Assembly: GCA_963733715.1 (NCBI GenBank)
Contig: CAVTEN010000021.1
Coordinates: 166,970-230,969 of the forward strand
Length of the DNA: 64,000 nt
Direction: 5' to 3'
DNA from: an uncultured delta proteobacterium
GTDB lineage: Bacteria; Desulfobacterota; Binatia; Binatales; Binataceae
Shown here: positions 8,125-20,284 of the stretch, in pieces
Layout: every line of letters starts with the position of its first letter
How positions within the stretch are numbered: the stretch's first letter is position 1
Made by a program: the position numbers and the translations under genes
Notes under the pieces: generated by a model
Told to the model about the DNA's origin: nothing
The model's database searches: none
What the model saw: only the letters and a program-made list of their open reading frames with translations

Positions 8125-10548
8125 ATGACTCAACCATCACCATATTTCATTCGCCGCACCACGCCGCTCGAAGACGCTGAGGCGGCCGATAACCGCGTTA
8201 CCTCCTTCGAAGACGAAGAGGGGCGGATAGATTTCAATCAGTATTGGCGGATCGTCCACAAACATCTGTCGATGATCGTCGCGATTTTTGTGGGCGTGAC
8301 GCTGCTGACGGTGATTCGGGTGCTGATGGAAACGCCGCTGTACACGGCGCAGGCGACCATCCTGATAAAACCCGGCACGCCGCAAATATTTGGCAACCAG
8401 GTGCTCAACGGCGGCGACAGTTCGGAGGGTGGAGACCAGGGCGACTACTACGACAACTACAACAAGACCCAGTACGAGATTTTGAAGAGCAGAAGTCTAG
8501 CCGTCAGCGCGATCAAAGATGATGGCCTCGAAAAAGTCCTGACGGCGGGCGGTGACAAGTCGGGCCCCGGATGGATCACTTCGGCGCGGATGGCAGTCGG
8601 GCATTTCATCAAGGGGATTTTCGTTCGGTCGTCGCCCAAAAAATCTTTGCCCGCGTCTCACTTGGGGCGAGACTCGGACGGAGTCAGCGGATCAGCGATT
8701 AGCGCGTACATGGGCGGTCTAACGATCAAGCCGGTACAGGAAACCAACCTGGTCTATATCGTGTTCACTACGCCCGACGGCGAGCTATCGGCGCGGCTGG
8801 CCAACGCGCACGCACACGCCTACATCCGGCAGGGAATCGAACTGCACAGCCAGGCAAATGAAGAGGCGCAGAAATTTCTCGAGCAGAAGCTGGTCGATCT
8901 GAAGGAAAAGCTGCAGAAGTCCGAGTTCGCGCTCAACCGCTATCGGCGAGACCAGGGAATCGTGCCGGGCCTGATGTCGTTGGACGGTAAAGAGACAATC
9001 GTTCTGGACCGGCTTACCGAACTGAGCAAGGGCCTGACCGAGGCTCAGGTCGCGCGCCTCGAGATCGAGGCGAAGGTCCAGATGATTCAAAGTCATCAGT
9101 ACGATGCGCTGCCCGAGGTTCATGAGGACAAGATGCTGGCCGACCTGCGTGCGAGCTACAACGCGATGTCGACCGAGTATGCCGGGATGGCGAAGCAGTT
9201 CAAGCCCGACTATCCACCGCTGGCTCAGCTCGAAGCGAAAAGAAACCAGGTGCAACGCGATATCGACGAGGAAATCCATCGCGTGACCGCCAGTATCGAG
9301 TCGGCTTACCAGGAGGCCAAGGGCAAAGAGGGCAAGCTCCAGGAGGAGATGGACAAGAGCAGGACCCACGCGCTCGGACTCAACGACGCGGCGGTCGAGT
9401 ACGCTATTCTGCAGCGAGAAGTCGATACCAATCGCGACCTGTACAACAGCGTCCTGCAGCGAATGAAGGACGTCGGCCTGGCGGCCGAAGCGCGTTCGTC
9501 GAACGTGGTGATTGTCGATGAGGCGCAGCCCTCGAGTTCGCCATCGAGTCCGCAGATGTCCAAGAGCGTGACGACCAGTGCAGTTCTGTCGCTGGCGGGC
9601 GCGGTTGCGCTGGCGTTTTTGATCGAATTTCTCAACAACCGGCTTAAGACGCCTGAAGAGGTCGAGCAGTACCTGCGCTTACCTAACCTGGCGGTGGTGC
9701 CGGTGTTTTCGTATGTCGAGGAGAAAGGTCGAGATAGTTTCAGAGCGCTGAAGCTGGCGAGAAAGACAGTCGATCAGAATTCTGTTCCTGCACGTCTGTC
9801 TCGCGGGCATCCTCGCGAGCTGATCGGGGCCTTGAACCCATATTCGGTGCATGGCGAAGCATATCGAACGCTGCGAACCGGAATACTTTTGTCGCGTGCC
9901 GGAGCACCGCCGAAACTGATTCTGATGACGAGTACGACCAGCGGCGAAGGCAAGACGGTAACCTCAACCAACGCTGCTGTTTTATTTGCCCACACGGGGG
10001 CCAAGGTCCTGCTGATCGACGCGGATCTTCGCCGGCCGCGTTGTCATCGCGTCTTCGGAATGGATAAGGAGCCGGGGCTTACCGAGGTGCTTACCGGAGG
10101 GCGCGCAGTTTTCGAAATGATACGTCCGACGCAGGTGGACGGGCTGTCGATCCTCACGTCGGGCTCGCTGCCACCGAATCCCACCGAGCTGCTCGGCTCC
10201 GACAAGATGAAGAAGATACTGGCCGAGCTTGCGGCGAGTTTTGATTTCGTGGTGATCGATTCGCCGCCGGTATTGCCGGTCAGCGATTCGGTTTTGCTCT
10301 CGACCATCGTCGATGGCGTCGTGGTGGTGGTGAATAGCGCGACCACGGCCAAGCAGCAGATCAGAGTTGCGTGCGCGCGGCTGAAGTACGCGCGATCGAA
10401 AATATTCGGAATCGTGCTGAACAAGGTGAATCTGCAGAGTCCGGAATACAAGTACTACAAGAACTACTATTTTCATTATTCGAATGACGTTCTCGAAGGC
10501 AACGAGGAATTCACGCTGCCGCAGCCGAGCACCAAGGAAATCAGCTAG
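8125..10548 (+). CDS. Polysaccharide co-polymerase / BY-tyrosine autokinase (Wzc/GumC-like)
   Basis: N-terminal Wzz-like domain with coiled coil. Walker A LMTSTTSGEGKTVTSTN and Walker A'/B-like LLIDADLRRP and VVIDSPPVLPVSD. C-terminal tyrosine cluster PEYKYYKNYYFHY. Confidence 0.85.
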   Translation: MTQPSPYFIRRTTPLEDAEAADNRVTSFEDEEGRIDFNQYWRIVHKHLSMIVAIFVGVTLLTVIRVLMETPLYTAQATILIKPGTPQIFGNQVLNGGDSSEGGDQGDYYDNYNKTQYEILKSRSLAVSAIKDDGLEKVLTAGGDKSGPGWITSARMAVGHFIKGIFVRSSPKKSLPASHLGRDSDGVSGSAISAYMGGLTIKPVQETNLVYIVFTTPDGELSARLANAHAHAYIRQGIELHSQANEEAQKFLEQKLVDLKEKLQKSEFALNRYRRDQGIVPGLMSLDGKETIVLDRLTELSKGLTEAQVARLEIEAKVQMIQSHQYDALPEVHEDKMLADLRASYNAMSTEYAGMAKQFKPDYPPLAQLEAKRNQVQRDIDEEIHRVTASIESAYQEAKGKEGKLQEEMDKSRTHALGLNDAAVEYAILQREVDTNRDLYNSVLQRMKDVGLAAEARSSNVVIVDEAQPSSSPSSPQMSKSVTTSAVLSLAGAVALAFLIEFLNNRLKTPEEVEQYLRLPNLAVVPVFSYVEEKGRDSFRALKLARKTVDQNSVPARLSRGHPRELIGALNPYSVHGEAYRTLRTGILLSRAGAPPKLILMTSTTSGEGKTVTSTNAAVLFAHTGAKVLLIDADLRRPRCHRVFGMDKEPGLTEVLTGGRAVFEMIRPTQVDGLSILTSGSLPPNPTELLGSDKMKKILAELAASFDFVVIDSPPVLPVSDSVLLSTIVDGVVVVVNSATTAKQQIRVACARLKYARSKIFGIVLNKVNLQSPEYKYYKNYYFHYSNDVLEGNEEFTLPQPSTKEIS

Positions 10549-10609
10549 TTCGTCGCACTCCGAACCTCTCCGAAGGGTCTGATAAACGCGCGGTTGCGGG
10601 CCCCGCTAT

Positions 10610-12898
10610 TTGCGTATCCTCGACAGAATATTTCAGGCGCTGCTGTTCGGCCTGATTTTCCTGGCGCCGCTCGCGTTCGGATCGGTATATCCGTGGGCGT
10701 ACCGGGCGGTCGAAGCGGGCTGCTTCGGTTTGTTCGCGGTCTGGATGCTGAAGCTGCGGATGCTCGCCAGCAGCGTTGGCGAGGTGCCTGCGCCGCCCGA
10801 CGCCAAACTGGTCCGCTCGCTGGGCGTTCCTCTCGGACTGCTGCTGTTATTTATCGCGTTCCAATCGCTCCCGCTGCCGCCGGCGGCGTTGCGGATTATT
10901 TCACCAGCGACCTATTCGCAGTACGAACGTATTTTTTCCGACTGGCCCGACCACGCACCGGGCGCCGACCTGGCATCGATAGACGAGAGTAAAAAGGCGC
11001 GACCGCCGCAACCGAAGCCGGGCGCTTCGACAGTCCCGTCGACTAAAATTGAAGTGCTGCAAGGCGCCGCGGCTACGCCGATCGGATCGGCGGGCGAGAT
11101 CAAACCGGGCCTTGCGGTGCCTGCGATCTATTCGACCCGATGGCGGCCACTGACGATCGCATGGCCACTGACAAACACCGGCCTGATTGGCGCGTTCGCG
11201 ATCGCGGCGCTGCTGTTCGCAGTGGCGTTCTATCCGGCCGGTTACCAGGGCGAACCGCTCGCGGGCATGGAATTCACGCGGATCACATTGATCGCGGTTC
11301 TTGTATCCGGCCTCCTCATCGCCATGATTGGTTTGATCCAGTGGGCGACTTGGAACGGTAAGATTCTTTGGACCATGGTGCCGCTGGATTGGGGCGCCCC
11401 TGATCCGGGGGCTCAGCGCGCGTCGGGGCCATTCGTCGATCCGGATCACTTCGCCGGCTACCTGGCGATGGTCTTTCCGTTGATGCTGTCGGGAGCGGTC
11501 TTCGGCGGCTTCCCGGCGCGTTCCGGCGCAGATGCGGCGAAACGAATCTCGTGCGGGTTCGCCGCGTTTCTGATTTTCATCGCCGTCGCACTCAGTCAAT
11601 CGCGCGCTGGATGGATGGGTCTGGGGATCGGCACAGTTGCGCTGTTCCTGTTCGTGCAACCGCGTTCTCGGTCGAGCGAAAATTCGGGAAGCGGCAAGGC
11701 AACTGCCAGACCGCTGCGTACGTCGCTCGCAATCCTGGCCGCGATGGTAGTGTTGGCGTTGATGTTCGTCGGCGAGCGCGGTCGCGATGAATCGACCACG
11801 CGCCTCGGCGTGACAGTGTCGCAGGGTAGCCTGGATCTGCAGGAACGCTTCGCGGTCTGGGTCAGAACGCCGGCGATACTGCGCGAGTTTCCGCTCTTCG
11901 GGGTCGGGCTCGGCGCATGGCCGGAAGCCTTTTTCCGCTTTCAGCCCTACCTCGATCTGATCTTCTCTACAACGCGGCCCACAACGACTATCTCGAGCTC
12001 GTTGTCGATATCGGACTGGTCGGCATCGCAATTCTCGGATGGCTGCTGGTCCGGGTGGCGGCGCGGCTGCGATCCGCGTTGCGAACAGTGCCCGAGCAGA
12101 TGCTGCCCGCGCTGGCCGCGATGACCGCGGGACTGATCGTGATGGCGGCGATCGAGTTTTTCGATTTCGATCTCCAGATTCCCGCGAATCTGGTCTTGTT
12201 CGTGCTCCTTGCCGGTCTCGGGCTGAGGATGTCCATTCCGATCGCCCAGCCGGAAGCGGGGCCTCGGTTGGTGCGCGCACACGAGGGCGACTCGAACAGC
12301 GGAATCTTTTTCCTTCCGTTGGCGGGCGCGATTGGTCTGGGAATTTTCGCGATGACGCAAACGGGTCTGCCGTATCCTTACGATATTGCGACACCCGTTT
12401 CGTTGAGCGACGCGCGAAGCCTGCTGCTCAGCTATCCGTATAATCCCGATACTCATCGGCTCACGCTCGCGCGCTTCGGCGACTCGATGGAACCTGCGAT
12501 GCGATCGCGTTGGATTGCGACCTGGGAGTGGCTCGATCCCACCGATCCGAATGCGCGCGACAGTCTACGCGCAAGATATGCTCGACCACGGAATGCGACC
12601 GGATGCGATGCGGCAAATCAGCGAGTCGGTATTCGTTGCGCCGATCGCGTCGTCGCACTTCTATCTCAGTCCGCGAATCGTTCCATGGCTGCCCGATGAC
12701 GAAAAGCACGCAATCAGCGGTGGCCTCGAGCGCGCGGTAAGCTCAGGTTTCAGCGGATCGGTCGAAGCGCTGGGGGACTTTTACCAGTCAGTTGGCAAGT
12801 CGAATGAACGCGCGTCGCTGCTGACACAGGCGGCCGACAAGAGAACGATCCCACGCGCCGCGCGCAGTATCTTCGCGACGCCGCCGACGCCTACGTGA
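10610..12898 (+). CDS. O-antigen ligase/polymerase family (Wzy_C) membrane protein with soluble C-terminal extension; reading frame broken near 11960 and 12555
   Basis: Track ORFs 10610..12124, 11917..12699 and 12515..12898 each carry a consecutive piece. LYNAAHNDYLELVVDIGLVG (the Wzy_C H-N-x-Y-L motif) lies in the second frame right after GLGAWPEAFFRFQP in the first. Confidence 0.65.
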
Positions 12899-12928
12899 AG
12901 ATGGGGCGGCTTAGAAAAAGCTGGCGAG

Positions 12929-13519
12929 GTGCTGCGGGCCGCAATCGATGCGGATCCCGACGAAGCCGACGACTACACCGAGCTTATAGCGCGAGTGATG
13001 ATGCCGCGTGAGGAATTCGAACAGGTGCAGAGTCTTATATCTCAGGGAATCGATCGCGGTGCCGACCCATGCAAGCTCGCGCTGAGCGTGGTCAAAGGGG
13101 CGCAGGCTCTCGGTCGCGTCGACGTCGCCGAGCAGGCTCTGGATACGGCGCTTAAGGCCGATGCGACCTCGTATGACTGCACGCTCGCAATGGGAGACCT
13201 ATACCTCGGAAGCGGCAGGAACGCTCGAGCGGTGCTGCTGTTCGACAAGGCTAAAGAGCTGAGACCGGATTCGGTCGATGCGCTTATGAATCTCGCCATC
13301 GCCGCAGATAGAAATTATGACTACTCGACGGCAGAGGCGGCGTACAATCGCGCCGCGTCGTTAGCGCCACAAAACCAGGAAGTCGCGGAACGGTTGGCGG
13401 GATTCAAACGCAAGCTGGCCGACGCCGCGGCGGATTCGGATCGTCCACACGCTATGCCGGCTGATGTTGCAGCACCGGACGCGCAGGCGTCTCCGGCGGC
13501 TGATTCGGACGCTCGGTAG
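12929..13519 (+). CDS. TPR-repeat protein (possibly the continuation of 10610..12898)
   Basis: TPR-like helices (ALMNLAIAADRNYDYSTAEAAYNRAASLAPQN). An alternative frame at 12845-12905 reads AQYLRDAADAYVKMGRL and joins EKAGEVLRAAIDADPDE, suggesting a pair of compensating frame errors. Confidence 0.55.
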   Translation: MLRAAIDADPDEADDYTELIARVMMPREEFEQVQSLISQGIDRGADPCKLALSVVKGAQALGRVDVAEQALDTALKADATSYDCTLAMGDLYLGSGRNARAVLLFDKAKELRPDSVDALMNLAIAADRNYDYSTAEAAYNRAASLAPQNQEVAERLAGFKRKLADAAADSDRPHAMPADVAAPDAQASPAADSDAR

Positions 13520-13534
13520 CATAGGGCAAATCTC

Positions 13535-15453
13535 ATGTGTGGTATCGGCGGATTGATTGGAGCGCAGGACGAAGGCGGCGTGATTTCGCGCCGGCTGCTT
13601 GCGGCGTTGCGTCATCGCGGGCCCGACGACGAAGGCATGATGCAGCCGACGCCAACCGTGTCGTTGGTGCATACGCGGCTCTCGATTTTCGATCTTAGTC
13701 CTGCGGGACATCAGCCGATGACCGACGGGCCTTCCCGCGACTCGCGGGTCGAGCGGATCATGGGTCGTGTTCAACGGTGAGATTTATAATTTCAAGGAAT
13801 TGGAATCGGAGCTCGCGGCGCGCGGCCAGACGTTTCGGACTCGATGCGATACCGAAGCAATCCTGCGCAGCTACCGGGAGTGGGGCGAAGCGGCGATACC
13901 GCGCTGGCGCGGGATGTTTGCGATCGGCCTCGTCGATCCCGCGCGCGGAGTCGGCTACCTGGTGCGCGATCGACTGGGGATAAAGCCGCTGTTTATGTGC
14001 CGGCTGCCCGGCGGCGCGTTGGCGTTCGCGAGTGAACTTCGCGCCTTGCTGTCGCTGAGTCCGGAGACGGGTTCGAACGAGGTCGAGCCGGCTGCCCTCG
14101 AGAGTTTTTTCGCGCAAGGCGCCGTGCATGGCTACCAGACGTTGGTCAAGGGCGTCACGATGCTGCGGCCGGGCGAGATGCTTGCGGTTGATCTCGCGAC
14201 CGGCAAAGAGCTGCGCCGCGCGACCTATTGGCATCTGCCGTCTGCCGTCGGCAGCGAAAGCGAGTCCCGTGCGCGCGGACGCGGTCGAGGAGTTGCGCGA
14301 AGTCGTGACGGGTGCGGTCAAGCTTCATCTGGCGAGCGACGCACCTCTCGGGCTGTTTCTTAGCGGAGGGATCGACTCATCGGCATTGCTGGCGCTTGCG
14401 TCGGCGTCGTGGAGCGGCACGCTGCGGACGCTCACGATAGGATTCGATTCGCCGGAGTTCGACGAAAGCGATATTTCGGCCGCGACCGCTTCTCGTTTCG
14501 CGGTCGAACATCAGAATATTCGGCTGACCGGCGCCGATGTGCTCGGCGAGATCCCCGGCGCGCTAGCCGCGATTGACCAGCCTACGGTTGACGGGTTCAA
14601 CACCTATTTTGTCAGTAAGGCGGCGCGCGAAGCCGGACTTACGGTGGCATTGTCGGGGCTGGGCGGCGACGAATTGTTCGGCGGATACGCCACCTTCACC
14701 GACGTTCCGAGGGCGCTGGCGCTGTCGCAAAATCCAGTGCTCAGCATGCTTGCGAGACTGGGCAGCGGTTTCATGCGAAATCGGGCCGGACTCAAGCTCG
14801 CCGAAACCAGTCGGCGTCCGCCTGACGCGCTGGCGATGTATCTGCTCCGGCGCGAGCTTTTTCTGCCTGCGGAACGCCGTGCGCTGATGCCGCGTCCCGA
14901 ATCTGCCGATCCTCTCACGGGAGTCGATTCCGCATTGCTCGATCAGTTGCGGGCCGAATCGCGCGGTCTTGGCGCCGCAACCAAAATCAGCTTTTTCGAA
15001 ATGAACCTCTACATGCGCCACATGCTGCTCCGCGATTCCGACGTCGCGAGCATGGCTGCACCGATCGAGTACCGCGTTCCGTTTTTGGACCATTGCATGG
15101 TCGAAGCGGTGTTCTCAGCGCCGGATAGCTGGAAGCTGCCGGACCCGCGGCCCAAGCCGCTCCTGCTCGATATTGCGGGCGCAGGCGTTGCGCCCGAAGT
15201 GTGGCAACGCGCCAAGCGCGGTTTCACGTTTCCATGGGCAGAATGGATGGGCAAGGACAGGCCGCTTTACCCGGTTGCAGAGGACGCGGTGAACGATACG
15301 GGCAGATGGCGCGACCTGGGAATCGACGCGGGCGCGCCGCGCAGGCTATGGACGCAATTCCTCGCCGGTGATCGGCGCGTCAGTCCGCTGCAGATTCTCG
15401 CGTTCATCGTGATGCGCGATTATTCGGCGCGATTCAAGCTCCACGCAGCGTGA
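13535..15453 (+). CDS. Asparagine synthase (glutamine-hydrolysing) family amidotransferase, EPS-associated; frame broken near 13740 and 14258
   Basis: N-terminal MCGIGGL (Cys2 nucleophile), VFNGEIYNFKEL, and PP-loop LFLSGGIDSS. The pieces lie in track ORFs 13535..13780, 13767..14363 and 14128..15453. Confidence 0.8.
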
Positions 15454-16676
15454 AGATCCTGTATCTCAATCCTTCCGGGGAGCTTGGCGGCGCCGAACGC
15501 AGCCTGCTGTTTCTGATGGCCAGTCTGGGCGCAGCGAAACCCAACTGGCAGATGCAACTGGTCGCAGGCAGCGGCGGTCCTCTGATTCGCCGCGCTGCGG
15601 AGATTGGAGTTCAGGCGAGCGCAATTGATTTCCCTCGTTCACTGTCACGTCTGGGCGACGCGGGCGCCGGCGGACCCGCCGGCCGGCAGCAAAGTCACCT
15701 GCGACTGGTCGGCAATGTGGGACGCGCGGGAGTACCGAGCATCGCATACTTGCGTCGCCTGCGCCGGACATTGGCGCGATTCGCACCGGATCTGATCCAC
15801 AGCAATGGCTTCAAGATGCACGTGCTGGCGGCGTGGGCGCGTCCTGCAGGATGTCCGTTGATTTGGCACATTCGAGATTACGTCAGCGCGCGGCCGTTCA
15901 TGTCGCGGCTTATCCGCGCGAATGCGCATCGATGCACGGCGGCGATCGCGAACTCGACCAGCGTCGCCGAAGACCTGCGAACGGTCTGCGGCGACAAGTT
16001 GCGAATCCATCGCGTCTATAACGGCGTCGATTTGAATGCGTTTTCTCCAAACGGGAATATCGCGAATCTCGACGAGATCTGCGCCATGCCCGAGGCGGCG
16101 CCTAACACCACGAGAGTAGGTCTGCTCGCGACGATGGCGCGCTGGAAGGGTCATCAGATTTTTCTGCGGGCGGTCGCGAAAGCGTCACGCGTCACGCCGA
16201 TCCGCGCATACGTGATCGGAGCGCCGATTTATCAAAACGACAGTAGCCAATATCGGATAGACGAATTGCGGCGAATGGCGGCGGAACTCGGGCTCGAAAA
16301 AATTGTCGGATTCACCGGTTTCGTCGATGACAGTGCGGCGGCGATTCGCGCGCTGGATATCGTCGTGCATGCGAGCACGCAGCCCGAGCCGTTCGGACTC
16401 GCGATAGCTGAGGGAATGGCGTGCGGCAAGCCGGTTATCGTCAGCGCGGCCGGCGGCGCCATCGAGATAGTGACGCCGGGAGTTGACGCGCTCACGCATC
16501 CGCCCGGCAACGTTGACGCGCTGGCGGATTGTATCGTGCAGCTGGCCAGCGATTGCGGCCTGCGAAATCGGATCGGCGCGGCGGCGCGAGCGTCGGCTGA
16601 ACGTCAGTTCTCGCGCGAGCGGGTGGTCGCGGAGATGCTTCCGATTTACCAGGGAGTGGCGCGCGCCGCGGCGTGA
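15450..16676 (+). CDS. Glycosyltransferase, GT4-like (GT-B)
   Basis: VKILYLNPSGELGGAERS N-terminus; C-terminal E-x7-E region PEPFGLAIAEGMACGKPVI. Confidence 0.8.
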   Translation: MKILYLNPSGELGGAERSLLFLMASLGAAKPNWQMQLVAGSGGPLIRRAAEIGVQASAIDFPRSLSRLGDAGAGGPAGRQQSHLRLVGNVGRAGVPSIAYLRRLRRTLARFAPDLIHSNGFKMHVLAAWARPAGCPLIWHIRDYVSARPFMSRLIRANAHRCTAAIANSTSVAEDLRTVCGDKLRIHRVYNGVDLNAFSPNGNIANLDEICAMPEAAPNTTRVGLLATMARWKGHQIFLRAVAKASRVTPIRAYVIGAPIYQNDSSQYRIDELRRMAAELGLEKIVGFTGFVDDSAAAIRALDIVVHASTQPEPFGLAIAEGMACGKPVIVSAAGGAIEIVTPGVDALTHPPGNVDALADCIVQLASDCGLRNRIGAAARASAERQFSRERVVAEMLPIYQGVARAAA

Positions 16677-18139
16677 TGAGTCGCGCCGAGGGAGTAAACA
16701 CCCAGTGGCTGTTTCCGTGCCTGCTGATTTCGTTCTGCGCGATTTATCTTCTCTACTATCCGCCGTCGTACGGAATCGAAGACGAAGGGAACATCCTGCA
16801 ACTGTCGTACAGCCTCAGTCACGGGACGATTTTTCTGGATCATGCCGGGCCGTACACCTCACCCTCAATCGATGGTCATCGAGTTTCGAAGTTCTCGGCT
16901 TTTCACGCAGCGATGATCGCTCCGCTGTGGAAGCTCGATTGGCGGCTCGGGTTTGGGCTGGCAGCCTTATTTTTCTCGGCCGGCGCTTTCGTCGTGCGCA
17001 ATTGGCTCATGCGGGAAAAACTCAACGGCGATTGGAGCGCCCTGTATTTTCTTCTGTTCGGATCGCTCTACTACACGCAGACTGTGATGGCTGCCGTGCC
17101 TGCGGCGGTCGCAGGCCTGTTCGGGATATCTCTTTTGCTGCGCGAACAGCCGCGGCCGATGCTGGCGGGCCTGATGTTCGGCGCGAGCGTCCTGATGCAT
17201 CCGTGGATGGGTCCGTTCGCGGTAGTGAGCGCAACAGTCTGGCTGCTTGAGAACTGGCGAATTGATCTGATCGAAAGAGCGGGCTGGTTATTTGCCGGAG
17301 CCCTGGTGCCGATCGCGATGTTGGGTAGTTACAATTTTGCGACCACCGGAAGTCCATTTCGAAGTGTCTATACACTTATGGGGCATCAGAACTCATTCGT
17401 GGGTGATCACTTCGGATCGTACGCGTTGTTCTACGTCGCGTCGCTCGCGATTTTTCCACTCGCAGGCTGGGTAGTTTTTTCGCCGAAATGGGCGAGGGGT
17501 TGGACGCTGCCGGCGACGAGCGCGGCGATGGTCTTGCTCGCTTCGCTCTACTACTACCGCGACGGGCTCAACGTTTCAGCGTCCTCGATGCATAGCACGA
17601 TGGCATTGATGGCGGGCGCGATTCCCGGCCAACGATTTCTCATCCCGGTGTCGATGGTGGCATGCATCCCGGCCGCACGGTTTCTCGACGCGCAATCGGA
17701 AAGGATGCCGCACTGGGTAAGCCGCTTTGCCAGACCGGTCGCGCTGACCGCGTTCATTGGCGGCTTCGCAGCGATGAGCACGGCGCATAGTTCGTTTCTG
17801 CGCGCGCACGCAACCGTGCAGAAGGCTCTGTGCGAGACGATTCCCGCGAACGCGCCGGTTGCGATTTCCGACGGCGTGCTGAAGGAGACGGCGCCGATTT
17901 GCCAGGTATTCGAGCACGCGGTGCTGACCCAGGATTCCGCGGTACCGTCGCCAGATATGTTCACCGCATGGCTCGGCGCGCCGGGAGCGCGCGCGCCGAA
18001 TGGCTGGCTGGAAAAGCGCGATACCAAGACTTTTCAAATCAGATCATGGATTTGGAACCGCGATCTGTTTGTTGCAGCGCCGTCCGGAGAATCGCTGCGG
18101 CCTGCGCGTGGAGCTAATGAATCAGTTCCACCGGCTTAG
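16673..18139 (+). CDS. Polytopic membrane protein (GT-C-like candidate)
   Basis: 488-aa ORF with more than 10 hydrophobic segments. The first loop, IEDEGNILQLSYSLSHGTIFLD, resembles the loop GDSVPAKNLPLSILLHGNFYLD of 47014..48948. Confidence 0.4.
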   Translation: MMSRAEGVNTQWLFPCLLISFCAIYLLYYPPSYGIEDEGNILQLSYSLSHGTIFLDHAGPYTSPSIDGHRVSKFSAFHAAMIAPLWKLDWRLGFGLAALFFSAGAFVVRNWLMREKLNGDWSALYFLLFGSLYYTQTVMAAVPAAVAGLFGISLLLREQPRPMLAGLMFGASVLMHPWMGPFAVVSATVWLLENWRIDLIERAGWLFAGALVPIAMLGSYNFATTGSPFRSVYTLMGHQNSFVGDHFGSYALFYVASLAIFPLAGWVVFSPKWARGWTLPATSAAMVLLASLYYYRDGLNVSASSMHSTMALMAGAIPGQRFLIPVSMVACIPAARFLDAQSERMPHWVSRFARPVALTAFIGGFAAMSTAHSSFLRAHATVQKALCETIPANAPVAISDGVLKETAPICQVFEHAVLTQDSAVPSPDMFTAWLGAPGARAPNGWLEKRDTKTFQIRSWIWNRDLFVAAPSGESLRPARGANESVPPA

Positions 18140-18145
18140 CAGGCC

Positions 18146-19294
18146 ATGACTCGCGTCCTGCACATCGTCAGCGGCAATCTTTACGGCGGAGTAGAGACGC
18201 TCGTCGTAACCCTCGCGCGCTATCGGCAAAGCTGTCCCGCACTGGACCAGCAATTCGCCGTTTGTTTTGAAGGGCGGTTGAAGCGGGAACTCCTCGCGGA
18301 CGGCGCGACCGTGCATGACCTGGGTGCGGTACGCGTCCGCCAACCTTGGTCGATTTGGAAGGCGCGCCAGCGGCTCTTCGGCCTTATCGAAGAAAATCAA
18401 ATCGACGTGGTGATCTGTCACATGGCGTGGACGCAAGCGATGTTCGGTTCCGTGGCGCGGGCATCACGCGTGCCGGTCGCGATGTGGCAGCACATGGCGT
18501 CGAACGGACGCCATTGGCTGGAGCTACTGGCACGATGGTCGGGCCCCGATCTGGCGATCTGCAACAGCGAATATTCGGCGCGGGAATTTCGCGGATCTTT
18601 TTCGTCGATCCCAATTGAAGTGGTCTACTATCCGGTAGCGGCGCCAACTATCAGCTACTCGCGGGTCGATCGTGCCGCTGTCCGGTCTGAATTTACAACT
18701 CCAACGGAAGCAGTCGTCGTCGTGCACAGCAGCCGGATGCAGGAATGGAAGGGACACCGACTGCTGATGCAGGCTGCATCAAGGATCAAGTCGAACAGCC
18801 AGTGGATTCTATGGTTCGTCGGTGGCGCACAGCGCGAGCTTGAACAAACCTACCTTGCCAGTCTCCGCGCCACCGCGGCAGAACTCGGAATTGAGGATCG
18901 TGTTCGATTTTTGGGTCAGCGCAATGACGTCGAGCGGCTGCTCGCGGCCTCGGACATTCATTGTCAACCGAATATTTCTCCTGAACCCTTTGGGATTACC
19001 TTCATCGAGGCTCTCTATGCGGGAATCCCGGTGGTCACGACGCAGATTGGCGGCGCGACTGAAATAGTGAACGATTCATGCGGCGTCATGGTGCCACCGG
19101 ACGATCCCAACGCACTAGCTGCCGCGCTTGAGCGGCTCATCGTTGACGGTGAACGCCGCCGGCAGCTGGGGAGTGCAGGACCGGCTCGAGCGCGCGAGTT
19201 GTGCGACCCGGTCACGCAGATCGAGAAAGTGCGTAAACTTCTTGCCGGAATCGAGCGCGAGAGCAAAAGAGATCGAGTCGCAGAGGCATATTAG
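18146..19294 (+). CDS. Glycosyltransferase, GT4-like
   Basis: [20 protein letters not shown]; [19 protein letters not shown]. Confidence 0.8.
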   Translation: MTRVLHIVSGNLYGGVETLVVTLARYRQSCPALDQQFAVCFEGRLKRELLADGATVHDLGAVRVRQPWSIWKARQRLFGLIEENQIDVVICHMAWTQAMFGSVARASRVPVAMWQHMASNGRHWLELLARWSGPDLAICNSEYSAREFRGSFSSIPIEVVYYPVAAPTISYSRVDRAAVRSEFTTPTEAVVVVHSSRMQEWKGHRLLMQAASRIKSNSQWILWFVGGAQRELEQTYLASLRATAAELGIEDRVRFLGQRNDVERLLAASDIHCQPNISPEPFGITFIEALYAGIPVVTTQIGGATEIVNDSCGVMVPPDDPNALAAALERLIVDGERRRQLGSAGPARARELCDPVTQIEKVRKLLAGIERESKRDRVAEAY

Positions 19295-19317
19295 CGAGCC
19301 GTCGAGCCTCTCAGACG

Positions 19318-20226
19318 ATGAACCCCTGGGCGATAGCGCAACCGTATTACCTTCTTCGGCCGAGTCAGATCGTGCGCCGTTTGCGCTTTTGGTATCGACA
19401 GCCGCAGCGAGCATATTCCACCGTAGCGCTGCCGTGGGGACTGCGGATCGGCTGCCGCCCGAATGAAGAAATCGGCTGCTCGCTACACACCACCGGAATA
19501 TATGACTTGTTGCTCACCGAGATGATCTGTCGCTGCGTCGAGCGCGGCGACACCGTGATCGACGCGGGGGCTAATATCGGCTACGCGACGAGCTTGATGG
19601 CAAAGCTGGCCGGACCACGCGGGAAGGTCTACGCCTTCGAGCCTCATCCGCAGATTTTTCTCGAACTCATATCAAACGTCGAAGGTTGGCTAGGTGATTC
19701 GCGCGTGGCGCCGATCGATCCCCTTGAACTGGCACTCAGCGAAAGTTCGGGTACGGCCACCTTGCATGAGCCGCAGCGGGGGTTCGATGCCAACAGCGGA
19801 TTGGCCTCGCTCGCTCACAAGCCCGAGGCCGGCGGCAAAGCGTTCACAGTAAGGAAGCAGCGCCTGGACGAAATAATATCAACGCCCGATGCGGCGATCG
19901 GGGTTTGGAAAATTGATGTCGAGGGTCACGAGCTCGCCGCGTTTCAGGGGGGCGAGCGCCTGCTGCGTTCGGGGAGAATTCGCGACATCATCTTCGAGGA
20001 GTTCTCTCCTTACCCAGCCCAGACGCATCGCCTTCTCGAAGGGTTCGGCTATACGATTTTGCATTTGGAGCCGCACCTGCTGGGCCCGGCGCTTCGGCGG
20101 ACGGGGCTGGAATACCATCCGCCGCGGTATAGTCCTCCGAATTTCCTGGCGACTCTGGATCCAGTCAGAATGGCCAATAAGTTTCGCGACAGGCGATGGC
20201 GCTGGCTTTCGGCAGGGCTGGAATAG
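19318..20226 (+). CDS. FkbM-family methyltransferase
   Basis: [16 protein letters not shown] and [14 protein letters not shown] (Methyltransf_21 motifs). Confidence 0.75.
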   Translation: MNPWAIAQPYYLLRPSQIVRRLRFWYRQPQRAYSTVALPWGLRIGCRPNEEIGCSLHTTGIYDLLLTEMICRCVERGDTVIDAGANIGYATSLMAKLAGPRGKVYAFEPHPQIFLELISNVEGWLGDSRVAPIDPLELALSESSGTATLHEPQRGFDANSGLASLAHKPEAGGKAFTVRKQRLDEIISTPDAAIGVWKIDVEGHELAAFQGGERLLRSGRIRDIIFEEFSPYPAQTHRLLEGFGYTILHLEPHLLGPALRRTGLEYHPPRYSPPNFLATLDPVRMANKFRDRRWRWLSAGLE

Positions 20227-20284
20227 TGAGCCTCCCCATGTTGCCACAGAGAGTTTTTGACGGCCCGAAGATTGGCGCAATAGC

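Noticed and set aside
10901-12394. Long antisense ORFs: 10901..12394 (-) 497 aa, 31723..33339 (-) 538 aa, 30230..30988 (-), 51306..52400 (+), 52449..53423 (-), 54624..55370 (-), 55416..56045 (-), 58689..59693 (-), 61736..62329 (-) and 62352..62942 (-)
   Set aside because: All lie opposite genes with clear family motifs. They are Arg/Pro/Gly-rich and low in complexity and carry no recognisable motifs. They are typical shadow ORFs of GC-rich DNA.
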